From Thermodesulfovibrionales bacterium (GTDB taxonomy: Bacteria > Nitrospirota > Thermodesulfovibrionia > Thermodesulfovibrionales > CALJEL01), in contig JBDOIG010000079.1 of the NCBI GenBank assembly GCA_041082235.1, positions 5,860 through 69,859 of the forward strand: DNA of 64,000 nucleotides. Direction: 5' to 3'. Below, in pieces: positions 50,531 through 60,216 of this stretch (positions within the stretch are counted from its first letter, which is position 1; the number at the start of each line of letters is the position of its first letter). The position numbers were made by a program, and so were the translations under genes. A model generated the notes under the pieces. That model had not been told where the DNA came from and made no database searches. It saw nothing but the letters and a program-made list of their open reading frames with translations.

Positions 50531-51127
50531 ATGAATAAAATTATGAAACAAAACAGGATGAGAATTCAAGTCTATTATTACCTTTCTGCCCCCCTGTTGA
50601 TTGCCTTGATCTTTCCACGTATTATTTATGCCCAGGAGATAAACAACCTTGATGTTAAGATTAAAAGTGAGGAACTTGTAGTTTCTACATCAATAAGTCT
50701 TAATGAGGGATTTATAAATGAGATTAAAAATGGTATCCAGAAGGAACTTGTCTTTTATATAGATCTCTTCAGGATCTGGAAGTACTGGCCTGATGAATAT
50801 GTCTTTGGTAATTCTATAGTAAGGAAGATTGAGGGAGATGTAATAAAAGGTGAATACATAATGAGCTCTTTTGATAGAAACAGAAAGGTGATTACTGAAA
50901 AGAAATTTAAAAGCCTTGAATCAATGCTTAAGGCTATGGCAGAGATAGGTCCTTTCCCACTCATAAATATTAAAGGTATGGAGTCCGGTGATTATTATGT
51001 GAGGGTTACTGTAGAATCAAGATTGAGAAAACTGCCTCCTGTGGTGGGCTATATCCTATTTTTTATACCTGAAAAGGAGTTTTCAATAACAAAGGATTCT
51101 CCCATATTCAGGCTTGGTTCAAGATGA
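50531..51127 (+). CDS. DUF4390-like secreted protein preceding NtrY-like kinase
   Basis: 198 aa with a signal peptide. Size and position upstream of an NtrY-type kinase fit DUF4390. The start may be ATG 50543. Confidence 0.5.
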   Translation: MNKIMKQNRMRIQVYYYLSAPLLIALIFPRIIYAQEINNLDVKIKSEELVVSTSISLNEGFINEIKNGIQKELVFYIDLFRIWKYWPDEYVFGNSIVRKIEGDVIKGEYIMSSFDRNRKVITEKKFKSLESMLKAMAEIGPFPLINIKGMESGDYYVRVTVESRLRKLPPVVGYILFFIPEKEFSITKDSPIFRLGSR

Positions 51128-53298
51128 AAGCCTATAGAAACATAGTTATACTCCTTTTGCTGCTCAGTCTGTTTTTTGCTATGAATATTTATCTCTTCAC
51201 GAGATTTATAAAACTTGGTAATGAACCCCTTTATGCAATACTTTTTCTCGCAGGGATTAATCTTAATCTTCTTGCCCTGCTAACACTTTTCTTCTATGTT
51301 GGTAAGAGCCTGCTCAGACTCTATATAGACAGAAAAAGGGGGGTTCCGGGACATAGATTCCAGATCCAGCTCGTGAGTATCTTTGTAATCCTTACCCTCA
51401 TACCGGGGATGTTTCTCTTTATTATAGGAAGTGGTCTTGTGACAGGTTATATTGACAGATGGATGACACCTCAAGGTCTTTCCTCTCTTGAGCGATCGCT
51501 TGCAATGGCAAGGACATATTATGAAGACAAAAAGGCTCAGCTTAAATCTGAAGGGCAGAGGCTGAGGGATGTTATTAACAGAAGTCGTGGTTCAGAAGAG
51601 AGATATCCGAAATCGGAGATCAAAGGCGGGATCCCCAGAAAATCGTCAGATTTTCTGGGGTACGAGTATGGCGTATGGGAAATAATTAAATCTCCTGATG
51701 ATGAACTTGCAAAAGAGGCATGGCTTAAAGGAGAATCCTCCGACATATTAAAGACAGATGAAGCCGAATATATAAGGATAGCCCTTCGTTCAGAAAGGGG
51801 AATTTTGAAGGGCGCCTTAAAGGTTCTGCCAGAAATAACAGAGTCAGTGGAGAGATTAAAAAGAGATTATGAGGAACTTTCTCTAAAATTAAAATGGAAG
51901 TTTCCTCTCAAGATAAATTTTGTTATGACCTTTGGTTTTTTTACACTTCTTATTATAATGCTTGCCCTGTGGACTGGTTTGAAGATATCAAAAAGGATAA
52001 CAGTGCCTGTGGCAGAACTTACCGAGGCAACCATGGCCGTAGCATCAGGGAATCTTGATGTACGGCTAAAGACAGAACAGGGCCGTAATGATGAAATTGG
52101 CTATTTAATAAAAAACTTCAATTTTATGATAGAGGAGCTCAAAAACAGTAAAGATGAATTGCAGGAGGCATACAGGCAGACAGAGGAGCAAAGGATAAGA
52201 TTATCAAGCATACTTGAGCATATCCACACGGGTGTCCTTTTTATTGATAGTAATGGCGCAATAGTATCTATAAATAAGGCAGCAGAAAAGATACTTGGTA
52301 TTTCTCAGGATGGGTTTTTGGGAAGAAATTATAAAGACCTTCTTTACTACATTGGCTCGGATGAGCTGGATAAACTCATAAGAGGTATAAGGCTCAGGGA
52401 CCTCAAAGGGATAGAAAAGGAGATAAGGCTTACAATCAAAGAAAGGTCATTAATCCTCAGGGTATTCATAACAGGCTTGATAATACCTGAAAAGAAGGGT
52501 TTGGTGCACCCCAAAAAATCCAAAGATTTTTTGGAACCACCTGAGGTTATAGGTTTAATAGTGGTCTTTGATGACATCACTGATATTGTTAATGCCCAGA
52601 GGGCTATGGCATGGCAGGAGATAGCCTCGAAGATTGCCCATGAGGTCAAAAACCCCCTTACACCAATAAAATTATCCACCGAAAGACTTATAAAAAAGTG
52701 GCAGCAGAAAGACAGTGATTTTGGTGAGGTCTTTGAAAGCTCTACAAGGACTATTATAAGAGAGGTGGAGAGTCTGAGAAGGCTTGTGTCTGATTTTTCC
52801 CAGTTTGGCAGGATGCCGCAGATTAAAAAGAGGCCTGTTGATTTAAGGGAGATATTAAGGGAGGTTTATTATCTTTATGCCGGTTTTAAGGACATAAGAA
52901 TGCATCTTGAACTGCCTCCTCATGAGGTAGTTGTTGAATTGGACCCTGAGCAGATAAAAAGGGTTTTTATCAATGTAGTTGATAATGCAATTGAGGCTAT
53001 AAAGAGCGGCCGTGATTCAACTGTTAGTATTGGGTCTGAAGGGAAAGGAAATATTTATATAAGTCTTGATATTGATTATGATACAAGTCAGGTGAGGGTA
53101 ACGATTGCAGACGACGGCCCCGGGATATCTGATGATATAAAGGATAAACTTTTTATGCCTCATTTTACCACCAAAAAGGGAGGTTCAGGTCTGGGACTTG
53201 CAATTGCAAACAGGATTGTCACAGAACACAGGGGATTGATTAAAGTAAAAGACAATGAACCTAAGGGGGCAGTCTTTATAATAGAAATACCTTTATAA
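51124..53298 (+). CDS. ntrY: NtrY-like sensor histidine kinase (multi-TM, HAMP, PAS, HisKA, HATPase_c)
   Basis: 724 aa. 4 N-terminal TM segments, HAMP (VPVAELTEATMAVASGNLD), a PAS region, H-box IAHEVKNPLTPI, and DDGPGI and GGSGLGLAI boxes. Confidence 0.8.
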   Translation: MKAYRNIVILLLLLSLFFAMNIYLFTRFIKLGNEPLYAILFLAGINLNLLALLTLFFYVGKSLLRLYIDRKRGVPGHRFQIQLVSIFVILTLIPGMFLFIIGSGLVTGYIDRWMTPQGLSSLERSLAMARTYYEDKKAQLKSEGQRLRDVINRSRGSEERYPKSEIKGGIPRKSSDFLGYEYGVWEIIKSPDDELAKEAWLKGESSDILKTDEAEYIRIALRSERGILKGALKVLPEITESVERLKRDYEELSLKLKWKFPLKINFVMTFGFFTLLIIMLALWTGLKISKRITVPVAELTEATMAVASGNLDVRLKTEQGRNDEIGYLIKNFNFMIEELKNSKDELQEAYRQTEEQRIRLSSILEHIHTGVLFIDSNGAIVSINKAAEKILGISQDGFLGRNYKDLLYYIGSDELDKLIRGIRLRDLKGIEKEIRLTIKERSLILRVFITGLIIPEKKGLVHPKKSKDFLEPPEVIGLIVVFDDITDIVNAQRAMAWQEIASKIAHEVKNPLTPIKLSTERLIKKWQQKDSDFGEVFESSTRTIIREVESLRRLVSDFSQFGRMPQIKKRPVDLREILREVYYLYAGFKDIRMHLELPPHEVVVELDPEQIKRVFINVVDNAIEAIKSGRDSTVSIGSEGKGNIYISLDIDYDTSQVRVTIADDGPGISDDIKDKLFMPHFTTKKGGSGLGLAIANRIVTEHRGLIKVKDNEPKGAVFIIEIPL
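51633..51660. repeat. C/A..T/G palindromic unit inside NtrY-like kinase (ccccagaaaatc-gtca-gattttctgggg)
   Basis: Perfect 12-bp stem. Translated as IPRKSSDFLGYE. Confidence 0.85.
52511..52534. repeat. C/A..T/G palindromic unit inside NtrY-like kinase (ccaaaaaatc-caaa-gattttttgg)
   Basis: Perfect 10-bp stem. Translated as HPKKSKDFLEPP. The flank gtgcacccc is shared with the copies at 1721 and 7310. Confidence 0.8.
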
Positions 53299-53311
53299 AA
53301 AGAGGGAGAGC

Positions 53312-54679
53312 ATGGCTTATTTGATACTGGTTATAGATGACGAGGAAGGCATAAGAGAGAGCCTCAAAGGGATCCTTGAAGATGAGGGTTATGAGGTCCT
53401 CGGTGCTGAGAGTGCAGAGGAAGGGATGAAGATATTTGAAGAGCAATCACCTGACCTTGTGCTTCTTGACATATGGTTACCTGGCATGGACGGGATAGAG
53501 GCATTAAAGAGGATGCGGGACAGAAGACCTTCTGTCCCTGTAATAATTATATCTGGTCATGGAACAATAGAGCTTGCGGTAAAGGCCTCAAAACTCGGTG
53601 CATATGATTTTCTTGAAAAACCCCTTTCCCTTGAAAGGGTCCTTATAACAGTTAAAAGGGCACTGGATGTAGCAGCTCTTGAGGGTACACTCAAGGCATT
53701 AAAAGAAGAGACAAAAGGTCGTTTCAGGCTTGTTGGTGAATCTTCTGCAATAAAACACCTCAAGGCCCAGATTGATATTGTTGCACCTTCTTCAAGCATG
53801 GTACTCATTACCGGAGAGAGTGGTTCAGGAAAGGAGCTGGTGGCAAGGCTCATTCACGAGAGGAGTCCACGGCAGGGGTATCCTTTTATTGAGGTAAATT
53901 GTGCAGCCATACCACGGGAGCTTATTGAAAGCGAACTCTTTGGCCATGAAAGAGGTTCTTTTACAGGTGCTGTGGAGAGGAAAAAGGGGAAATTTGAGCT
54001 TGCTGATGGGGGAACCCTTTTCCTTGATGAGATCGGAGATATGTCAAAGGAAGCACAGGCAAAGGTCTTAAGGGTTATAGAAACAAAGGAATTTCAAAGG
54101 GTTGGGGGAGGTAAAAATATAAAGGTTGATGTAAGAATAATAGCAGCTACAAATAAGGACCTTCAGGAAGAAGTTAGAAAGGGAAATTTCAGGGAAGATC
54201 TCTTCTTCAGGTTAAATGTGATCCCCTTACGGGTTCCTCCATTAAGAGAGAGGAAAGAGGACATACCCCTTCTTGTAGAGCATTTTTTAACCCTCATAGC
54301 ATCTGAATATGGCAAGCCAAAAAAGAGATTGGCAGAAGAAGCCATGAAGCTTCTTACAGAGTATAACTGGCCTGGCAATGTGAGGGAGTTAAGGAATCTC
54401 GTGGAGAGGCTCTTTATTATGTCTCAGGGAGAGGTTATCAGACCAGAAGATATTGAATCTTCTTTCGACCTTCAATCCTCAGGGTTTCATTCCTATTTCA
54501 AATTCAATACACTCAGGGAGGCACGGGAGGCCTTTGAAAGAGATTTTATACTTAAAAAACTTGAGGAGAATAACTGGAATATCTCTAAAACAGCAGAGGC
54601 AATAAGTCTTGAAAGGACAGCGTTGTATAGGAAGCTTAAACATCTTGGGATTACAGAGGCTGGCCAGCGGTCTGATTGA
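53312..54679 (+). CDS. ntrX: Sigma54-dependent response regulator (NtrX/NtrC-like)
   Basis: REC domain (LLDIWLPGMDG), GESGSGKELVARLIH, the ESELFGHERGSFTGA motif, and a C-terminal HTH. Confidence 0.88.
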   Translation: MAYLILVIDDEEGIRESLKGILEDEGYEVLGAESAEEGMKIFEEQSPDLVLLDIWLPGMDGIEALKRMRDRRPSVPVIIISGHGTIELAVKASKLGAYDFLEKPLSLERVLITVKRALDVAALEGTLKALKEETKGRFRLVGESSAIKHLKAQIDIVAPSSSMVLITGESGSGKELVARLIHERSPRQGYPFIEVNCAAIPRELIESELFGHERGSFTGAVERKKGKFELADGGTLFLDEIGDMSKEAQAKVLRVIETKEFQRVGGGKNIKVDVRIIAATNKDLQEEVRKGNFREDLFFRLNVIPLRVPPLRERKEDIPLLVEHFLTLIASEYGKPKKRLAEEAMKLLTEYNWPGNVRELRNLVERLFIMSQGEVIRPEDIESSFDLQSSGFHSYFKFNTLREAREAFERDFILKKLEENNWNISKTAEAISLERTALYRKLKHLGITEAGQRSD

Positions 54680-56192
54680 AAGACCCGAGATATTCAACTA
54701 TTGCCTTCACCATGTCTTCATTTGTTGCCCTTTCGGGCATGATGGAGACCTTGAGTCCAGAGGATTCAATTGCCCTTTTTGTAACAGGCCCTATGACTGC
54801 TATCTTCACATCCCTTAAAAACTCCTTTGCCTCCTCTCCAATCATTTCTATAAAATTATTAAATGTAGCGCCACTTGTAAAGACCGCAATGGTAATCCGT
54901 CCCTCTTTTAGAAATCTCTTTATCCTCTTTGCATGGGTCTCTGGCTTTATGGATCTATATGTAACAGGTGCATCCACATGACCACCAAGGGCCTTTATCC
55001 TTTCAGGTATTACCTCCCTTGCATTTTCTGCCCTTGGGAAAAGTATATTAATACCTCCCAGATTTTCCTTATAAAGCCCTTTAAATGCCTTCACCACACC
55101 CTCTGCCCTGAATTCTTCGGGAACAAGATCAACCAGGATGCCATATTTTTTTAATTCTTCCTCAGTTTTTATGCCTACCGCACATATCTTTATACCCTTG
55201 AGGGCCCTTACATCCAGACCTATTTTGAGCATCCTTTCCATGAAATACCTGACACCTGAAGAAGAGGTAAAGATGATCCATTGATAGGTCTGGAGTCTTG
55301 ATAAAGAGTTATCAAGTTCTGTCCAGTCTGAGGGAGGGATAATCTCTATGGTTGGAAATTCTATTATCTCTGCTCCAAGGTGCTCCAGTTTTTCATAGGC
55401 CTCTGATTCCTTTCCTGTAATCAGTATCCTCTGACCGAAGAGGGGTTTTTTTTCATACCAGAGGAGCACATCTCTGAGCCTTACCACTTCACCGATTATA
55501 AATATAGCAGGTGGTTTAATCTGTCTTTCTCTTACCAGCTCAGGTATGGTACTGAGGGTACCTGTAATTGTAACCTGATCCGCCCTCGTTCCCCATCTTA
55601 TAAGCGCAGCAGGGGTGTTGGGGTCTTTACCATTACTGATAAGCCTTTGCGTGATGGAGTCAAGATTTCTTATTGCCATCAGGAAGACAAGGGTACCATT
55701 AAGTTCTGCAAGGGCCTTCCAGTTTATTCTGCTTTCAGGTTTTGTTATATCCTCATTTCCTGTAATAACTGTGAACAGTGAAGAAAGGTTTCTGTGTGTT
55801 AATGGGATACCTGCATAGGCTGGTACCGCAATTGCAGAAGTGATGCCTGGTATTATCTCAAAGGATATACCCTCCCTTGCAAGTACCTCAGCCTCTTCCC
55901 CTCCCCTGCCAAATACAAAGGGGTCTCCACCCTTAAGCCTGCAGACGATCTTTCCCTCTTTTGCCTTTTTAACCAGAATGCTGTTTATCTCTTCCTGGGT
56001 CATTTCATGGTGACCACCACGCTTACCAGCATAAATAAACTCAGCTTCATTTTTAAGATAGTTCAGTATCTGAGCATTTATATGAAAGTCATATACCACC
56101 ACATCAGAGAGTTGCAATGCCTTCAGGCCCTTAATCGTGAGAAGCCCTATATCACCAGGGCCAGCTCCAACGATGTAAACCTTACCTGCCAT
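54651..56192 (-). CDS. cobA: Uroporphyrinogen-III C-methyltransferase / uroporphyrinogen-III synthase fusion (CobA-HemD)
   Basis: 513 aa. The N-half VYIVGAGPGDIGLLTIKG...RLKGGDPFVFGRGGEE is SUMT. The C-half of about 250 aa is HemD-like. Confidence 0.85.
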   Translation of the reverse strand: MAGKVYIVGAGPGDIGLLTIKGLKALQLSDVVVYDFHINAQILNYLKNEAEFIYAGKRGGHHEMTQEEINSILVKKAKEGKIVCRLKGGDPFVFGRGGEEAEVLAREGISFEIIPGITSAIAVPAYAGIPLTHRNLSSLFTVITGNEDITKPESRINWKALAELNGTLVFLMAIRNLDSITQRLISNGKDPNTPAALIRWGTRADQVTITGTLSTIPELVRERQIKPPAIFIIGEVVRLRDVLLWYEKKPLFGQRILITGKESEAYEKLEHLGAEIIEFPTIEIIPPSDWTELDNSLSRLQTYQWIIFTSSSGVRYFMERMLKIGLDVRALKGIKICAVGIKTEEELKKYGILVDLVPEEFRAEGVVKAFKGLYKENLGGINILFPRAENAREVIPERIKALGGHVDAPVTYRSIKPETHAKRIKRFLKEGRITIAVFTSGATFNNFIEMIGEEAKEFLRDVKIAVIGPVTKRAIESSGLKVSIMPERATNEDMVKAIVEYLGSFNQTAGQPL

Positions 56193-56349
56193 ATCTGTCC
56201 TTTATTTGTTTTGCAAACTCCATGATATCAGGCAATTTATTTTTAACAGTGATAATATTCAGCCAGCCAGAAAGATAGGCCAAAGAAACCTCTCCTTTTT
56301 CTTTAAGTTTGAGCAAGACCTTCTGAAGGTCTTCCAGATTCCTATCCAT
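56182..56349 (-). CDS. Possible 55-aa ORF between hemC and cobA-hemD (unverified)
   Basis: My translation is MDRNLEDLQKVLLKLKEKGEVSLAYLSGWLNIITVKNKLPDIMEFAKQIKDRYGR. Its stop overlaps the cobA start by 11 nt. The SD is weak. Confidence 0.25.
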   Translation of the reverse strand: MDRNLEDLQKVLLKLKEKGEVSLAYLSGWLNIITVKNKLPDIMEFAKQIKDRYGR

Positions 56350-56430
56350 CCCTGAAACCTTTAATTAAGATCTATTTGCAAAGGTGCAGAAGGCTTCCGA
56401 GCTTCTGCTTACTTATAGTTTTGGTGTCCT

Positions 56431-57435
56431 TTAATATTGTTTATAAACCTCATCCAGGATCTCTTTAGCTCCCTTGTTTAGGAGGTCTTCAGCAAGGGCT
56501 ACACCAAGCCTTTCTGCCTTATCCATTATACCCTTCTGACAGGCCCCTTTGTCTTCAAAAGAAATACCTGCAAAAGCATCTTCTATATGCCCTTTAATGA
56601 GCCTGTCTCCACTGAGAGAACCCACAAGCCCATCCATAACAAGCCTTCCATCAAGGAGTCTTGCATGTGCAGCAATAGGAACCTGACAGCCACCTTCAAG
56701 TTTTTTAAGGAATGCCCTTTCTGCAATTACTTCAATGGAGGTTTTACAGTCATTCAAGGGCTGGATCAGGGAATTGATAAACTCATCGTCAATCCTGCAT
56801 TCTATGCCGATTGCCCCCTGGCCTATTGCCGGAAGACTTAACTCGGGAGGTAGTATCTCTGTTATCCTGCGCTGCCAGCCAAGCCTTTTAATGCCAGCTG
56901 CAGCCAGTATCATGGCATCAAACTGACCCTCATCCAGCTTCCTGAACCTTGTATCAAGATTGCCCCTTAACTGTATTATTTGAAGATCAGGTCTTATACT
57001 CAGGAGCTGACAAGCCCTCCTGAGACTGCTTGTGCCAAGCCTTGCACCTTTTGGAAGGTCTTTAAAGGTTTTATATTTAAAAATACCGCTTTGTTTTGAT
57101 ATCTGACTGATAAAGGCATCTCTTGGGTCCTCTCTCTTACATATTGCAGCCAGATGAAGTCCATCCGGGATGACGGTGGGTACATCCTTCATGCTGTGAA
57201 CTGCAAGGTCGATTTCCTTCCTTAATAAGGCCTCTTCAATCTCTTTTACGAAGAGTCCTTTGCCACCTACCTTTGCAAGAGGGACATCAAGTATCTTGTC
57301 TCCTGAGGTCTTTATTTTTTTGAGTTCTATCTCCAGATCCGGTGAGAGTCTTAATAGTTCATTTTTAACCCATTCAGACTGCCACAGCGCAAGCTTTGAA
57401 CCCCTTGTGCCAATAACTATTTTTTTTCTCTTCAT
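56431..57435 (-). CDS. hemC: Hydroxymethylbilane synthase (porphobilinogen deaminase)
   Basis: IGTRGSKLALWQ, SGDKILD, GGKGLFVKE, GTSSLRR and RGNLDTR motifs. Confidence 0.93.
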   Translation of the reverse strand: MKRKKIVIGTRGSKLALWQSEWVKNELLRLSPDLEIELKKIKTSGDKILDVPLAKVGGKGLFVKEIEEALLRKEIDLAVHSMKDVPTVIPDGLHLAAICKREDPRDAFISQISKQSGIFKYKTFKDLPKGARLGTSSLRRACQLLSIRPDLQIIQLRGNLDTRFRKLDEGQFDAMILAAAGIKRLGWQRRITEILPPELSLPAIGQGAIGIECRIDDEFINSLIQPLNDCKTSIEVIAERAFLKKLEGGCQVPIAAHARLLDGRLVMDGLVGSLSGDRLIKGHIEDAFAGISFEDKGACQKGIMDKAERLGVALAEDLLNKGAKEILDEVYKQY

Positions 57436-58691
57436 TCATCTTCTCCATTAAGGGAATACAATTTTTTTATAGTTGCGATCAATATATCTTTATCTTCACT
57501 GTCATTCTTCAGGGCTGCTGTAGGAGGATGTATAAGTTTATTGACAATCACCGTCGCAAGCTGTATCACTGCCTTTTTTTCCCGCTCATCCATGGATGGA
57601 AATTTATTGAAGAAGTCTTTAAGCTCTGTCTCCTTTATTTCTTCAGCCCTTTTCCTCAGGGCTACAATGGTGGGAACTGAGTCAAGGGAATTAAACCATT
57701 TTTCAAACTTCTCTACCTCTTCATTTATTATATTCTCTGCCCGCTCTGCCTCTTTCTTTCGTTCAAGCATGTTTGCATCCACGACACCCTGAAGGTCATC
57801 TATATCATAGAGATAGACATTTTCAATCTCATTAATGGCAGGGTCAATGTTTCTTGGCACAGAGATGTCTATCAAAAAGACCGGTCTATGCCTTCTTTCC
57901 TTCATTACATGATGCATCTGCTCTTTTGTAACCACATATCTGGAGGCACCTGTTGAGCATATAACAATGTCTGTATGGATTAGCTCCTCAGGGAAATCTT
58001 CAAATCTTATAGCCCTTCCATTGAATTCCTTTGCAAGCTCGCAGCCCCTTTCATAAGTCCTGTTTGCAACCGTGACAGCCCTTACACCGTTTGTTATAAG
58101 ATGCCTTGCTGCGAGCTCAGCCATCTCACCGGCGCCAAGGAGCATAAAACTTTTTGTTGAAAGGTCCTCAAATATCTTTTTTGCAAGTTCTACAGCAGCA
58201 TAACTTATGGATACTGCATTTTCAGCAATTCTTGTTTCTGTCCTGACACGTTTTGCAGCTGATATGGCCTTTTTTACAAGGGTATTGAGAATAAGTCCAG
58301 TGGTCTTCCTCTCAAGGGCAAAATCAAAGGCATCCTTGACCTGACCGAGTATCTGAGGCTCACCAACCACCATGGAATCAAGACTTGATGCTACTCTGAA
58401 GAGATGCCTTACAGCATCCATGTTCTTCATGATATAAAGGCTTTTTCTTAAAGTCTGAGACTCAATGGAATGAAAACTGGAAAGAAAATTAATCAACTCC
58501 TCTGAGATATCCTCTTTTGAGTGAAGATATAATTCAACCCTGTTACAGGTGGATATGATAAAGACCTCTTTTATTAAAGGATGGCCCGCAAGCTCCTTGA
58601 GTCCTTCCTCAAGCTTTGGACCATTGAAGGCAAGCCTCTCCCTTAGCTCCACCTCTGCGGTTTTATGATTTAAACCTATAACAGTTATCAT
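57432..58691 (-). CDS. hemA: Glutamyl-tRNA reductase
   Basis: Starts at ATG 58691 (MITVIGLNHKTAEVELRERLAF, TCNRVELY, GAGEMAELAA), overlapping the ccsA stop by 1 nt. The track's 63-codon N-terminal extension lies inside ccsA. Confidence 0.92.
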   Translation of the reverse strand: MITVIGLNHKTAEVELRERLAFNGPKLEEGLKELAGHPLIKEVFIISTCNRVELYLHSKEDISEELINFLSSFHSIESQTLRKSLYIMKNMDAVRHLFRVASSLDSMVVGEPQILGQVKDAFDFALERKTTGLILNTLVKKAISAAKRVRTETRIAENAVSISYAAVELAKKIFEDLSTKSFMLLGAGEMAELAARHLITNGVRAVTVANRTYERGCELAKEFNGRAIRFEDFPEELIHTDIVICSTGASRYVVTKEQMHHVMKERRHRPVFLIDISVPRNIDPAINEIENVYLYDIDDLQGVVDANMLERKKEAERAENIINEEVEKFEKWFNSLDSVPTIVALRKRAEEIKETELKDFFNKFPSMDEREKKAVIQLATVIVNKLIHPPTAALKNDSEDKDILIATIKKLYSLNGEDE

Positions 58692-59509
58692 CAGCCCTTG
58701 AAACCATGATAAGTCTTCAATAATAGGGTCACACCGAAGAATGTAAACATAACAAAGATAAACCCGAGGATAGATAGAAATGCTGCCCTTCTGCCCCTCC
58801 AGCCAGCAACCAGTCTTGCATGGAGAAGCAGGGCATAGATAAACCATGTGATAAGAGACCAGGTTTCCTTTGGATCCCATCTCCAGTATGTCCCAAAGGC
58901 TGTTTCAGACCATACAGCGCCTGTAATTATGGCAAGGCTGAGAAGTGGAAAACCGAGGGTAATCAACCTGTAATTTATTTCATCAAGGCTCTGAAGACTT
59001 GGTAGTTTGCTGAATAATCCTGAAGGATGTTTTGATTTAAGATAATATTCTTGAACGAGGTACATTATGCCAATTACAAATGAAAGGGCAAAGGCAGCAT
59101 TACCGAGAAAGGCAAGAAAGGTATGAACAGGTAACCAGTAACTTCTTAGAAGTGGATTCAGGGGCTTCAGTTCCCTTGGAAGTAAAGATGAGGATAACAT
59201 TAATACAAAGATAAGTGGCATAATGAAACAACCAAGAAGCCCTAATTTATATCTTGACTCAAGGAAAAAGAACAGAACCAGGATAGCCCAGGCATAAAAG
59301 GAAGAGGCTTCATGAAGATTGGTAACAGGTAGATACCCACCCTGAAAATATCTCAGGACAATAGAAACAGTATGAAAGAAGAATCCACCAATCGCTATAT
59401 ATATAACAGGTCTTGATGTGGCCCTTGACCCCATCCACAGCTCTACCATGCTTACTATGGCAGCTGCAAAATAGAGTGTTAAGGCAATCTCAAATAAAAT
59501 GGTCCCCAA
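58691..59509 (-). CDS. ccsA: CcsA-family cytochrome c assembly / HemX-like membrane protein
   Basis: 272 aa with about 8 TM segments. Trp-rich motif WSETAFGTYWRWDPKETWSLITW. Position upstream of hemA matches hemX-type operons. Confidence 0.75.
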   Translation of the reverse strand: MGTILFEIALTLYFAAAIVSMVELWMGSRATSRPVIYIAIGGFFFHTVSIVLRYFQGGYLPVTNLHEASSFYAWAILVLFFFLESRYKLGLLGCFIMPLIFVLMLSSSLLPRELKPLNPLLRSYWLPVHTFLAFLGNAAFALSFVIGIMYLVQEYYLKSKHPSGLFSKLPSLQSLDEINYRLITLGFPLLSLAIITGAVWSETAFGTYWRWDPKETWSLITWFIYALLLHARLVAGWRGRRAAFLSILGFIFVMFTFFGVTLLLKTYHGFKG

Positions 59510-59575
59510 TTTTACCTCAGCTATTACTTTCGCTGCCGAAAAGCTGGATGCCGGAAAGATAAATGCCTTCAGGTT

Positions 59576-60214
59576 TTAAAAACATCCGAGCTCGCAATTT
59601 GTAATCTTGATGCCCAGGGCATCAGCCATCTCTCCAACTTCTCTGTATTGAAGTCCAAGGGTCTCAGCAATCTGTCTTGCGATAGCGCAGGATATCCTGT
59701 TATTTATTGCCCTTTTCTGGAGTTCCCGAGATAACAGCTTTTTTTTATTAATTAATTCCTCTGTTTCTTCCAAGGCTTCTTCCATCTTATCAGGTCTTAC
59801 GATTATGTCTGCCCGCTCTTTTACCTTTATTGCTGATTCCTTTGGAGGTCTTTCAAGACCATTTAAAAATATTACTACATCTGGCTTTAAAAACTCAATC
59901 GGGCTGTTTCCTTCAATGATTATCCCTTTATAATTTGATAGCCGCTCCAGACTCATGGAAAGTAATTCAGATAGTGCTTCTAAAGGACATTGAACCCACA
60001 GAACCTCACCTGCACCTGCCTCAAGGTATTTCTTTGTGTCCTTTCCTTCTACAGAAAGTATATCCTTATTATTAACAATCGTTGAGTAAAAACCTGTCTT
60101 TGTGTATTTTATAACTGCCCAGTCTTTACCGAGTGCCCTGAGAAGCCTTGTTCCAAAGGTTGTCTTTCCACAACCGCTGTAAGAACCACCTATGAGAACA
60201 ACAAAAGGCTTCAT
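59576..60214 (-). CDS. MobB-like P-loop NTPase with C-terminal Cys-containing domain
   Basis: VVLIGGSYSGCGKTT P-loop and GKDTKKYLEAGAGEV (MobB-like). The C-terminal RISCAIARQIAETLGLQYREVGEMADALGIKITNCELGCF is unassigned. ATG 60214 is preferred over the track's TTG 60229. Confidence 0.5.
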   Translation of the reverse strand: MKPFVVLIGGSYSGCGKTTFGTRLLRALGKDWAVIKYTKTGFYSTIVNNKDILSVEGKDTKKYLEAGAGEVLWVQCPLEALSELLSMSLERLSNYKGIIIEGNSPIEFLKPDVVIFLNGLERPPKESAIKVKERADIIVRPDKMEEALEETEELINKKKLLSRELQKRAINNRISCAIARQIAETLGLQYREVGEMADALGIKITNCELGCF

Positions 60215-60216
60215 AA

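Noticed and set aside
58692-58880. 63-codon N-terminal extension of hemA in the track
   Set aside because: It lies inside the ccsA coding region in another frame. Canonical HemA N-terminus MITVIGLNHKTA starts at 58691 and overlaps the ccsA stop.
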